Origin: an uncultured SAR86 cluster bacterium
GTDB taxonomy: Bacteria > Pseudomonadota > Gammaproteobacteria > Magnimaribacterales > TMED112
Reading direction: 5' to 3'
Length of the DNA: 64,000 nt
Assembly (NCBI GenBank): GCA_902563885.1
Contig: CACEYZ010000001.1
Span: forward strand, 40,013-104,012
Shown: one piece after another, positions 55,957-64,000 of the stretch
Layout: the number at the start of each line of letters is the position of its first letter
Numbering within the stretch: position 1 is the first letter of the stretch
Program-made: the position numbers and the translations under genes
Notes under the pieces: generated by a model
Seen by the model: the letters and a program-made list of their open reading frames with translations, nothing else
Databases searched by the model: none
What the model was told of the DNA's origin: nothing

Positions 55957-56660
55957 AGGAGATTGTTTGTAGAGAAAAATCTTTTATTAGCGAAGCAGAA
56001 TACTATTCAAATAAGTATCAAATTCCTGTTAATTCGATTTCATCGGAAAATTGCTATATTGACTTAAGTTTAGAAAATTTTTTAGTTTTTAAGCAAAAGA
56101 GAATTTCAAACCTATTTCATAAAGATCCTTTTCTCAGAAGGGTTAAGAATTATCAAAGGGAAAATATGCTCAAAAAAGCGATTTCTTATCAGGCTGGCAA
56201 ACCAAAAAGTATTCTAGATGCTACAGCAGGTTTTGGGAGAGATGGTTTTATTTGTGCTTTACTTGGCCAAGAAGTCACTATGGTTGAGGAAAATAAAGGA
56301 ATGTGTATTCTCATTGAAAGTGCTTTGAAAAGATTGCCTAATAGATCATATTTTAATGATGCGAAAAATAGGATAAATGTCATTAATGCTGATTCATCAA
56401 AGATAAAACTGAACACTGAAGATTATGACACTATTTACTTAGACCCTATGTTTTCAACTCATAGCAAAAGCATGAGCAATAAGGAATTAACTTTTTTGAA
56501 AACATATATTGATCAAGAGCAAGATTTGGTGAATGCCTTTTTAAAAAAAAGATATAAAAGACTAGTCGTAAAAAGAGAAAAGAGCTTTAAATCTGAATCA
56601 ACTAAAAAAGAAAATATAATTTATAAGGGGAAAAGTATAAATTTTCATGTATTTATTTAA
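55944..56660 (+). CDS. rsmJ: 16S rRNA m2G1516 methyltransferase RsmJ-like (start uncertain, GTG 55944)
   Basis: ILDATAGFGRDG, IYLDPMF, RLVVKR, GKS..F. Confidence 0.85.
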   Translation: MVDIKEIVCREKSFISEAEYYSNKYQIPVNSISSENCYIDLSLENFLVFKQKRISNLFHKDPFLRRVKNYQRENMLKKAISYQAGKPKSILDATAGFGRDGFICALLGQEVTMVEENKGMCILIESALKRLPNRSYFNDAKNRINVINADSSKIKLNTEDYDTIYLDPMFSTHSKSMSNKELTFLKTYIDQEQDLVNAFLKKRYKRLVVKREKSFKSESTKKENIIYKGKSINFHVFI

Positions 56661-56702
56661 TGCAGGGTAGTAATGATGTTCTTTCATATGTATGCTTAAA
56701 AT

Positions 56703-57221
56703 ATGAATTTCGGTGAAGCATTAGATTCAAGTTTGGTTAAAAAGTACAAAACTTTTGGTGGAAGAGCATGTAGGGCAGAGTGGTACTATTTTCAAATATT
56801 TTCCGTGCTTCTTTCTGTTATCGTAGCCTCTGTTACTGGAATTATCGCTGGAACAAGTATTGATCCTAATGCTATACGTGATCTTTCACAGGAAGAACTG
56901 ACAGATTATCTAGTGGATTCAGGATCTTTTAATGTAGTTATATACAGTACAGTAGCAATTTCAGCACTACTTTTTTTACCCTCAATTTCAGTAACTGTTA
57001 GACGTCTACAAGATCTAAACATTACTTATTTTTGGGCGCTGCCTTTTTTCATAACTTACATAATTGGTTTTTATGTAATTCTCAATCAAGGTGAAGATAA
57101 TGCTGAAAGGCTAAACTCAATTTCCTCATTAGTATTCATCGTTTATTTATTAGTTTTTGCAAAAAAAGGTGATTACAAAAAGAATAGATTCGGTGAGAAT
57201 CCTCTTGAAAAAGAATCTTAA
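56703..57221 (+). CDS. DUF805 family membrane protein
   Basis: KY..F.GRA.R.E.., LP.ISV.VRRL.D, G....NRFG.NP. Confidence 0.9.
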   Translation: MNFGEALDSSLVKKYKTFGGRACRAEWYYFQIFSVLLSVIVASVTGIIAGTSIDPNAIRDLSQEELTDYLVDSGSFNVVIYSTVAISALLFLPSISVTVRRLQDLNITYFWALPFFITYIIGFYVILNQGEDNAERLNSISSLVFIVYLLVFAKKGDYKKNRFGENPLEKES

Positions 57222-57264
57222 TAATCTTTATTTTCGCGATTAAAACCTTTAAAATTTTCATTTT

Positions 57265-57474
57265 ATGGCAGTACAGAAAAGTAAAAAAACACGCAGTAGA
57301 ATTGGAATGAGGCGGTCACATGATTCTCTCAAAGAAACATCTTTATCAACAGATCCTGTGTCTGGTGAAAGGCATATAAGACATAACTTAAGTGCAGATG
57401 GCTTTTATAAAGGAAGATTAGTAAAAGATCTTAAAAAGAAAGTTAAAGAAACAGAAGAAGAAATTTCACAATAA
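57265..57474 (+). CDS. rpmF: 50S ribosomal protein L32 (Zn-free type)
   Basis: [28 protein letters not shown]. Confidence 0.97.
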   Translation: MAVQKSKKTRSRIGMRRSHDSLKETSLSTDPVSGERHIRHNLSADGFYKGRLVKDLKKKVKETEEEISQ

Positions 57475-57478
57475 AATC

Positions 57479-58408
57479 ATGAGCTTTTCGTTAATGTTCC
57501 CTGGTCAGGGTTCTCAATATAATGGGATGTTTAAAGAGCATTTTTCTGAATTTATCGAATTTAAAGAAGCTATAGATATTGGAGAAAATTTTTATAAAGA
57601 AAATCTTTCGGAAATAATTTTTAATGATGACGAGAGAATATCTGATACCTTTTATACTCAACCTATATTGCTAATAACGAGCTATGCTTGTTTTAAAGTA
57701 TGGAAAAATAAAGGCTGTCCTGATCCTAAAGTTGCATTAGGGCATAGTTTAGGAGAAGTTTCAGCATACCTATGTTCTGGAGTTCTAAGTTTTGATGATG
57801 CACTAAAATTAATTAGATATAGAGCATCATTCATGATTGAGAGTAAAGGCAATACAAAGACTAAAATGTCCGCTGTTTTAGGTTTAGACCCAGATGAAAT
57901 TGATAAAATTTTGTTAGATAAGAAAAAAAATTTCTTAGAAGCAGTTAATTTTAATTCGCCTTCACAAACTGTAATCGTGGGAAATGCTGATGAAATTGAA
58001 TCCATTAAAGCTGTATTAATTGAAAATGGAGCAAAAAAAATTATAGATCTTTCAGTTTCTGTGCCATCACACTCATCTATGATGAACATGGCAAGCACAA
58101 AATTAAAATTAGCAATGGATGATATTAATTTTAAGAGTCAAAATTTTTCTGTAATAAATAATTTTGATGCAAAAGTATCTCTCACAGAGAGTGAAGTCAA
58201 AGATAAACTTGCAAAACAGATATCCAATCCTGTTCAATGGGTAGACTCTATGAAAAGATTGAAAAAATATAGCATCAAAACACATATTGAATTTGGACCA
58301 GGAAAAGTGTTATCAAGCTTAGCAAAGCATAACAGAGTTGAAGGAGAATTTAATTCTGTAGATAATCTAGAGTTGTTTTTGAAATTATTAGAAGAGTATG
58401 GAAGTTAA
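57479..58408 (+). CDS. fabD: Malonyl-CoA:ACP transacylase
   Basis: FPGQGSQ, TQP, GHSLGE, SVPSHS, PVQW, E.GPG. Confidence 0.97.
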   Translation: MSFSLMFPGQGSQYNGMFKEHFSEFIEFKEAIDIGENFYKENLSEIIFNDDERISDTFYTQPILLITSYACFKVWKNKGCPDPKVALGHSLGEVSAYLCSGVLSFDDALKLIRYRASFMIESKGNTKTKMSAVLGLDPDEIDKILLDKKKNFLEAVNFNSPSQTVIVGNADEIESIKAVLIENGAKKIIDLSVSVPSHSSMMNMASTKLKLAMDDINFKSQNFSVINNFDAKVSLTESEVKDKLAKQISNPVQWVDSMKRLKKYSIKTHIEFGPGKVLSSLAKHNRVEGEFNSVDNLELFLKLLEEYGS

Positions 58409-59102
58409 GAAAGTTTTAGTCTCTGGCGGAACAAAAGGAATTGGAGGAGCAATAGTTACCAAATTGCTTGATGAAGGATACTCTGTTATTGCTACGACAA
58501 GAGATAAAACAAAAGCAAATATTCTTGAACATAAAAACTTAACAGTAGAAAACTTAGACTTATCATCTAAAGATTCTGTTTCAGAATTTCAAGAAAAGCT
58601 AGAAAGTTTCAAACCTTCTATTCTCATAAATAATGCGGGAGTTACTAAGGATAATTTATTTCTTCGAATGTCAGAAAATGATTGGACTGAAGTTATAGAA
58701 ACAAATTTAAATGGTACTTACAGGCTGACAAAAATATTTCTCAAAGACATGATTAAAAATAAATGGGGAAGAATAATAAATATTGGTTCTGTTTCAGGTT
58801 TAATGGGAAATCCAGGTCAAACAAATTACGCATCTTCAAAAGCGGCACTTGAGGGCTTTACAAGATCCCTTGCAAAAGAAATTGGATCTAGAAATATAAC
58901 TGTTAACTTAGTTTCTCCAGGATTTATAAATACTGATATGACAAGTGGTTTAACCATCGAAAAGCTTGAAAGCCAAATTCCTTTAGGAAGAATTGGAAAT
59001 CCTTCAGATGTTGCATCACTAGTGGCTTTTCTCGCGAGTGAGGGTGCGGGTTATATTACTGGACAAACATTAGTAGTTGATGGTGGTTTATTTATGCAGT
59101 AA
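58398..59102 (+). CDS. fabG: 3-oxoacyl-ACP reductase
   Basis: GG..GIG, NNAG.T.D, GNPGQ.NYASSK, PGFI.TDMT. Confidence 0.97.
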   Translation: MEVKKVLVSGGTKGIGGAIVTKLLDEGYSVIATTRDKTKANILEHKNLTVENLDLSSKDSVSEFQEKLESFKPSILINNAGVTKDNLFLRMSENDWTEVIETNLNGTYRLTKIFLKDMIKNKWGRIINIGSVSGLMGNPGQTNYASSKAALEGFTRSLAKEIGSRNITVNLVSPGFINTDMTSGLTIEKLESQIPLGRIGNPSDVASLVAFLASEGAGYITGQTLVVDGGLFMQ

Positions 59103-59135
59103 TGTATGCATTACTTAAATTGTTAAGGAGTATAT

Positions 59136-59369
59136 ATGAGTGATGTTCTTAATAAAGTTGTCGATATTGTTTGTGAACAACTAGGTGCAGATAAGGGAGA
59201 TGTAAAATCTGATTCATCTTTTGTTGAAGATCTAGGTGCTGATTCTTTAGATACTGTTGAATTAGTGATGGCATTTGAAGAAGAGTTTGGCCTTGATATT
59301 CCTGATGAAGAAGCAGAAAAAATTACCACAATCCAGAGTGCAGTCGATTGGATCGAAAGTAATAGTTAG
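59136..59369 (+). CDS. acpP: Acyl carrier protein
   Basis: [28 protein letters not shown]. Confidence 0.99.
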   Translation: MSDVLNKVVDIVCEQLGADKGDVKSDSSFVEDLGADSLDTVELVMAFEEEFGLDIPDEEAEKITTIQSAVDWIESNS

Positions 59370-60318
59370 AAGACTTCTCTTTTTCCTAACGCTTATTTTT
59401 CTTTTGGGGTTACCAGCCTCAATCAGACTTGTAGAAATTCAAAAAATACCAACTGGTAATAATTTAATTGTTGAAAAAGGGCATGGAATTAATTCAATCA
59501 TTGACAGCCTAAAAAATCGAAACAACAACAAATTTTTAACAATCTTAAAATTAAAATATTTATTTGAGTCTACAAATATTATTCCAGGGAGATACGAAAT
59601 TAAACCAAGCATGACTTATGCTGAATTAATAGAAGATATTTTTGAAGGTAATTTACAGCAATTTAGGTTTACTATTATCGAAGGAACAGTTGCTAAAGAT
59701 GCTTTAAAAAAACTTAGACAAATAATTAAAAACAACAATTTGAATTTCCAAATCTCATCAAAAACTTTAGAAATCTTTTCAAAAGAATCCTTGATATTGC
59801 CAGATACATATTTTTTTACTGATCGACAGCAACTTGAGAGGCTGATGATAAATCAAAAAATAAGATTAGATAATATTCTTACAAGATTATGGGAAAATAA
59901 ACCTAAAGATAATCCATTGAGGACCATGAATGAAGCCTTAGTGCTTGCTTCAATAGTCGAGAGAGAGGCTGCTGTTGAATGGGAGAGAGCACAAATATCA
60001 TCTGTTTTTTTATCAAGGATCAGAGACGGATGGAGACTAGATGCTGACCCAACATTAATTTATGGTTACTACGGTGATTTTTCAAAAAAAATTACAAAAG
60101 AAAATCTTAAGGCTGTCAAAGGGGATAATAACCCTTTCAACACATATAAAATTAAAGGATTACCTCCCAGACCTATTTGTTACCCCTCATTGAGCTCAAT
60201 AAAATCTGTGATAATGTCATCTCCAGGTGAATATTTTTTCTTTGTCGCAAAGGGCGATGGAACTCATATATTCTCAAAAACTTTGGATGAGCATAATAAA
60301 GCTGTAAATAACAGGTAA
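59338..60318 (+). CDS. mltG: Endolytic transglycosylase MltG (start uncertain)
   Basis: N-terminal [31 protein letters not shown]...GLPP.PI, FFVA..G.H.FS. Confidence 0.9.
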   Translation: MQSIGSKVIVRRLLFFLTLIFLLGLPASIRLVEIQKIPTGNNLIVEKGHGINSIIDSLKNRNNNKFLTILKLKYLFESTNIIPGRYEIKPSMTYAELIEDIFEGNLQQFRFTIIEGTVAKDALKKLRQIIKNNNLNFQISSKTLEIFSKESLILPDTYFFTDRQQLERLMINQKIRLDNILTRLWENKPKDNPLRTMNEALVLASIVEREAAVEWERAQISSVFLSRIRDGWRLDADPTLIYGYYGDFSKKITKENLKAVKGDNNPFNTYKIKGLPPRPICYPSLSSIKSVIMSSPGEYFFFVAKGDGTHIFSKTLDEHNKAVNNR

Positions 60319-60338
60319 TTCGGTAAATAATATAAAAG

Positions 60339-60956
60339 ATGTTTATTACATTTGAAGGTATAGAGGGCTCTGGTAAATCTACCCAAATAAAAATGCTAAA
60401 GGAAGCTCTTCTTGGTAAGGGCCATGAAGTAATTGTTTTAAGAGAGCCCGGAGGAACAATTCTTGGTGAAAAGGTACGTGAAGCTTTTTTAGAAAAGACA
60501 ATTGAAAAAATTTCTGTTGAAACTGAAACCTTCCTTCTTTATGCCTCAAGAAAACATTTAGATCAAAATCTTCTTAAGCCTAGCCTAGCTGAAAAAAAAT
60601 TCGTCATTTGCGATAGATATTATGATGCAACTGAGGCTTATCAATGTTATGGAAAAGGCCTCTCCAATGATTTTTTTAAATCACTTAATAAAGTTTGTAA
60701 TTTATCAATACCTGAAATTACCTTCTATATTGATATTACGTCTGAAATCTCGAAGGAGAGAATATCAAACAGAGAAAGGGATAGAATGGAAGCAGAAGAG
60801 ATAGATTTTTTTAATAAAGTGAGGGAAGGATATCTAAAAATCGTTGAAGAGAATAGAGAAAGAATATATAAGGTTAATGGAATAGATACTATCGAAAATA
60901 TTCACAAAAGAATACTAGAACATGTAGGAGAAAAAATTGGTTCTTCCCTGGGATAA
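60339..60956 (+). CDS. tmk: Thymidylate kinase
   Basis: FITFEGIEGSGKSTQ, REPGGT, CDRY, DR.E. Confidence 0.97.
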   Translation: MFITFEGIEGSGKSTQIKMLKEALLGKGHEVIVLREPGGTILGEKVREAFLEKTIEKISVETETFLLYASRKHLDQNLLKPSLAEKKFVICDRYYDATEAYQCYGKGLSNDFFKSLNKVCNLSIPEITFYIDITSEISKERISNRERDRMEAEEIDFFNKVREGYLKIVEENRERIYKVNGIDTIENIHKRILEHVGEKIGSSLG

Positions 60957-61746
60957 AGATTTTTTGTCTTCGGAAACAGAATTAAGTTCAAAAACAATTC
61001 TCTACGCGTCTGAGGGACAAAATGTAAATAATGTATCTCGTTCTATTGTGAAAAAAATTCTTTGCAATATTGATTCAAAAGACTATTTGAACTTGCCTCT
61101 TGAGGAAATAGCATCACAAAATTTTATTTTTTTATATCCTAAAGATAAGTCTGTAATTGATATAGATCAGATTAGAGATTCTTTTAAATACCTTTTTTTG
61201 AAATCTAATTCGAAAAGGCTTTTGTACTTAGAAAATATAGAAAGAATTGAAACTAGAACTTTCAATACTTTACTTAAATTCTCAGAGGAGGCTGATAAAA
61301 ATATGATTATTTGTATGGCTACGAATAATATCAACATTGTTCCAAAAACAATTCTAAGCAGATTTCAAAAATTAAAAATACCAAAACCAAGTAATGAAAT
61401 TATAAAACAGCATTTAATTAATCTTGGCTTAAATTTTGATGAGCAGAAAAATGATTTTGTACTACAAAATCTTAACCTTCTTTCCGAAGATGAGGATAAA
61501 AATATAAATGAGTTATTTTTAAAATTTGATGAATATGAAGCAAAAAAAGAAATACCCACTAAAGATAAAGAAGAAATAAGATTATTTTTAGATTATCAAA
61601 TTCATAAAATTAAATTCAATATGCTAAAGCTTAAGTCAAATAACAAAGGAAAGCTTGACGAATTAAGGGATTTGAGGAAGCAAATCTTAATGCCACATAA
61701 TCTTAGTTTAGATATATTAAAGTCTAAGCTTTGTCTTTATATTTAG
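60937..61746 (+). CDS. holB: Highly reduced DNA polymerase III delta-prime subunit
   Basis: LPW start, I.IDQIR, N.LLK..EE, TI.SR; follows tmk; no recognisable Zn finger or P-loop. Confidence 0.7.
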   Translation: MVLPWDKDFLSSETELSSKTILYASEGQNVNNVSRSIVKKILCNIDSKDYLNLPLEEIASQNFIFLYPKDKSVIDIDQIRDSFKYLFLKSNSKRLLYLENIERIETRTFNTLLKFSEEADKNMIICMATNNINIVPKTILSRFQKLKIPKPSNEIIKQHLINLGLNFDEQKNDFVLQNLNLLSEDEDKNINELFLKFDEYEAKKEIPTKDKEEIRLFLDYQIHKIKFNMLKLKSNNKGKLDELRDLRKQILMPHNLSLDILKSKLCLYI

Positions 61747-61753
61747 AAAGGAA

Positions 61754-61797
61754 GAGAAAACCAAAAACAAAGGGCTAGTTTTGTCTTTAGTTTTCTC
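61754..61797 (-). terminator. Long hairpin downstream of amtB
   Basis: Minus strand GAGAAAACUAAAGACAAA...UUUGUUUUUGGUUUUCUC: 18 bp with 2 G-U pairs, then UUCCUUUC. Confidence 0.65.
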
Positions 61798-61805
61798 AAA
61801 AAATT

Positions 61806-63026
61806 CTAGAATTCTGGGTATGCTTCGATACCAATCTCTTCGGCATCCAAACCCTTCTTCTGAATTTCATCTGAAGCTCTAACAGGGGTAATAAAGCTCA
61901 GTGCATATAAGAATGCAAAAGTTAAAATGAATCCCCATGCAAGAATAGAAACTACTCCTAGCGCTTGTGCACCAAAACTTGCCTCAGGATTGGTGAAAGG
62001 CACGACCAATACACCAAAAATTCCTGCTGTCCCGTGAGCAGAAATTGCTCCTACAGGGTCATCAACTTTTAAAACTTGCTCGAAAAATACAAGCGATCCA
62101 TAACATAGCAATCCACCAATTGCTCCAATAAGCGTAGCCTCATAGCCTGTTGGTGTATCTGGTGCTGCTGTGATAGCAACAAGACCAGAGATGGCACCAT
62201 TGAGTGCATATATTATGTTTGTTTTACCAAAAAATATTTTTGAAACAAGCAAACATGCAATTACACCGCCTCCGGCAGCCATATTAGTATTTAGGAAGAC
62301 TTGGGCAACAGCATTAGCATTGCTAGCATCATTAACAGCCAATTGAGATCCACCATTGAACCCAAACCAACCTAACCAAAGTATAAATGTACCTAATGCA
62401 GCTATTGGAATATTTGCTCCATAAAGTTTATTTACTTTACCATTAGCATATTTTCCGACTCTTGGACCAATAAATATTGCCGCGCCCAAGGCACACGCTG
62501 CACCAGCAAGGTGAACTGTACCTGATCCAGCAAAATCCGAATATCCTGCAGCATTTAAAAAGCCTGATCCCCAATTCCAAAAACCTTGAATAGGATATAT
62601 AACTCCTGCAATGAATGCTGCCAGAGCAAAGAAAGCCCACTGATTCATTCTTTCTGCAACCGCACCCGAAACTATTGATACTGCTGTGGCTACAAATACA
62701 ACCTGAAAGAAAAAATCAGCCGCATCAGCATAACCAAGATCAGTATTCATTCCAAAGTCTTCTTGTCCTTTAGATCCAAAGCCAAAATCATAAGGAGGAA
62801 TAATTCCACCTTCATTTGCTCCTGGATACATGACCATAAAGCCACATAAAAGATACATAAAGCATGCAATAGAATATAAACCTATATTCTTTGTAACAAT
62901 TTCTGCAGTATTTCTTCTTCTTACAAAACCTGCTTCAAGCATAGTGAAGCCTGCAGCCATCCACATGACAAGCGCACCTGTCATCAGTAGATAGAAGGTA
63001 TTTAAAGCGTAATCTATTTCAGCCAT
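61806..63026 (-). CDS. amtB: Ammonium transporter
   Basis: GF.MLEAG, SGAVAER, DFAGS..VH, LW.GWFGFNGGS, GLVAITA, DDP...HG (twin His). Confidence 0.97.
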   Translation of the reverse strand: MAEIDYALNTFYLLMTGALVMWMAAGFTMLEAGFVRRRNTAEIVTKNIGLYSIACFMYLLCGFMVMYPGANEGGIIPPYDFGFGSKGQEDFGMNTDLGYADAADFFFQVVFVATAVSIVSGAVAERMNQWAFFALAAFIAGVIYPIQGFWNWGSGFLNAAGYSDFAGSGTVHLAGAACALGAAIFIGPRVGKYANGKVNKLYGANIPIAALGTFILWLGWFGFNGGSQLAVNDASNANAVAQVFLNTNMAAGGGVIACLLVSKIFFGKTNIIYALNGAISGLVAITAAPDTPTGYEATLIGAIGGLLCYGSLVFFEQVLKVDDPVGAISAHGTAGIFGVLVVPFTNPEASFGAQALGVVSILAWGFILTFAFLYALSFITPVRASDEIQKKGLDAEEIGIEAYPEF

Positions 63027-63035
63027 TTTTACCCC

Positions 63036-63632
63036 TTAAAAAGATGCTCCGACTGTAAAGAACAGTCCATCCTCATCCTCTAATCCTGATGCAGCCTCTG
63101 CACTAAAAGAACTATAGCCAACTGAGGCATCATAATCGCCAAGTGAGAAACCATAACCTAGTAAGAAATTACTTCCAGTATCCTCATAGTCACCATAGGA
63201 AACAGAAAAATCACCAAAACCGTATGAAACGTCATAGTAATCTCCAAACTCATCTCCGATGTAATAAGAGAAACCTAAACCTTCATATGAAAAGGCTAAA
63301 TAAACTTCTGAAAAGTCAGCATCGTCTACTTCCGGATAACCGTAATTTATGTAGCCGATATCGTAACCAAGGCCACCTTCACTCTCACCAGAATAGCCAA
63401 AGTATGTATCGAGCTCTAAACCTGCTCCACCGAACGAAACATTTGATCCCCAAGTGCCAGCATAAAAGCCGCTCTCAGAGCTATAATCAAAACCACCACT
63501 GTAGCCGGGAGAATCCATTGTTTGTGTCATCCCTCGCCAGATGTAGTTTGATGAAAAAGTAAAGTTTGAAGATACCTCTCCAAACACATAAGTAGTCAGA
63601 AATAAGACTATAGTCATTATTCCTTTTTTCAT
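63036..63632 (-). CDS. TorF-family putative outer-membrane porin
   Basis: Signal peptide, S.Y.WRG.TQT, GG.DY...GFY.G.WGSNV, ELD.Y.GY, YD.G..Y.YP, terminal F; AAGGAG 6 nt before ATG 63632. Confidence 0.88.
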   Translation of the reverse strand: MKKGIMTIVLFLTTYVFGEVSSNFTFSSNYIWRGMTQTMDSPGYSGGFDYSSESGFYAGTWGSNVSFGGAGLELDTYFGYSGESEGGLGYDIGYINYGYPEVDDADFSEVYLAFSYEGLGFSYYIGDEFGDYYDVSYGFGDFSVSYGDYEDTGSNFLLGYGFSLGDYDASVGYSSFSAEAASGLEDEDGLFFTVGASF

Positions 63633-63696
63633 AAACATCTCCTTACAAAATATAAGTGTGTTAAGAATCTAAAGGGTCAAACCTTCATAGTGTATT

Positions 63697-63750
63697 GGTG
63701 CGCGTTCCTTCAGCTTTCACTTACTTCCGTCCCCTAAGGGATGAACGATT
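63697..63750 (-). ncRNA. glnA-type glutamine riboswitch aptamer
   Basis: Minus strand AUCGUUC-A-UCCC(UUAG)GGGA-CGGAAGUA-AGU(GAAA)GCU-GAAG-GAACG-CGC: P1, P2, E-loop P3 and conserved CGUUCAUC/GACGGAAGUA/GAAGGAACGC blocks; upstream of amtB. Confidence 0.9.
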
Positions 63751-63759
63751 AAGACGCTG

Positions 63760-63835
63760 CTCCTTTATTACCATGGAGTATGGTTTAACTTTTAACCCAT
63801 GTTATATGGGCTCCTTTTAACCCATGGAGTATGGG
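63760..63835 (-). repeat. Three tandem 25-nt units, each able to form an H-type pseudoknot
   Basis: CCCAU-A-CUCC-AUGGG-UUAAAA-GGAG / CCCAU-A-UAAC-AUGGG-UUAAAA-GUUA / ACCAU-A-CUCC-AUGGU-AAUAAA-GGAG. Confidence 0.85.
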
Positions 63836-63883
63836 GATGTAAACATCTTCTTTATAAACACAATTTATAAATTAACATTCTCA

Positions 63884-63912
63884 AATTTAATATCTTATAA
63901 AATATTTGTCAA
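63884..63912 (-). promoter_or_regulatory. sigma70 promoter of torF-amtB leader
   Basis: TTGACA (63912-63907) -17 nt- TAAATT (63889-63884). Confidence 0.7.
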
Positions 63913-64000
63913 TGCAAAATAATGAAATATCTAGTAGTATTAATACATAGGAATGTTTTCAGAAGATTCACATAAAGATAGTTGTGGAACAGGTATATTA

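Noticed and set aside
63143..63562. 139-aa plus-strand ORF
   Set aside because: Antisense shadow of the TorF porin with atypical His/Gln/Arg composition
63760..63835. 25-nt repeats read as a mini-CRISPR or simple tandem repeat
   Set aside because: No unique spacers and no cas genes; differences between units are compensatory, indicating RNA structure
63760..63835. Plus-strand reading as CsrA/RsmA-binding hairpins (CAUGGAG loops)
   Set aside because: Only two of three units have GGA, loop changes covary with the flanking 4-mer, and the promoter and genes are on the minus strand; not fully excluded

Overview
Low-GC, very gene-dense bacterial chromosome segment. The gene set and order are gammaproteobacterial and the streamlining resembles marine SAR86-type genomes (inference; no rRNA marker in the window). 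It is almost all core housekeeping genes: yfgM-bamB-der, sdhCDAB-sucAB-lpdA-sucCD, MATE, pdxB, msrB, murJ-ribF-ileS-lspA-ispH, dadA-like/ampD/ampG, groESL, rpsP-rimM-trmD-rplS-xerD-dsbC-prfB-lysS, mdh, nrdAB, serA, ung, ygfZ/sdhE, rpoE-rseA-degP-lepAB-era-recO-acpS-adk, rpmF-fabDG-acpP-mltG-tmk-holB, and torF-amtB. I saw no mobile element, CRISPR, tRNA or rRNA. The most striking signal is non-coding: the ~245-nt 5' leader of the torF-amtB ammonium-uptake operon, which has no glnK, carries three tandem 25-nt H-type pseudoknots with compensatory base changes, followed by a glnA-type glutamine riboswitch. Other notable items are an apparent RseA-RseB(C-terminal domain) fusion anti-sigma factor, a DARS-like triple DnaA-box core upstream of ung, an AmpG-VanZ fusion, a MurJ lacking its last two TM helices, CTG/ATC start codons, several leaderless-looking promoters, and the absence of rnc, plsX/fabH/fabF, ffh and glnK from their usual clusters. 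All calls are by eye; no database searches were run.
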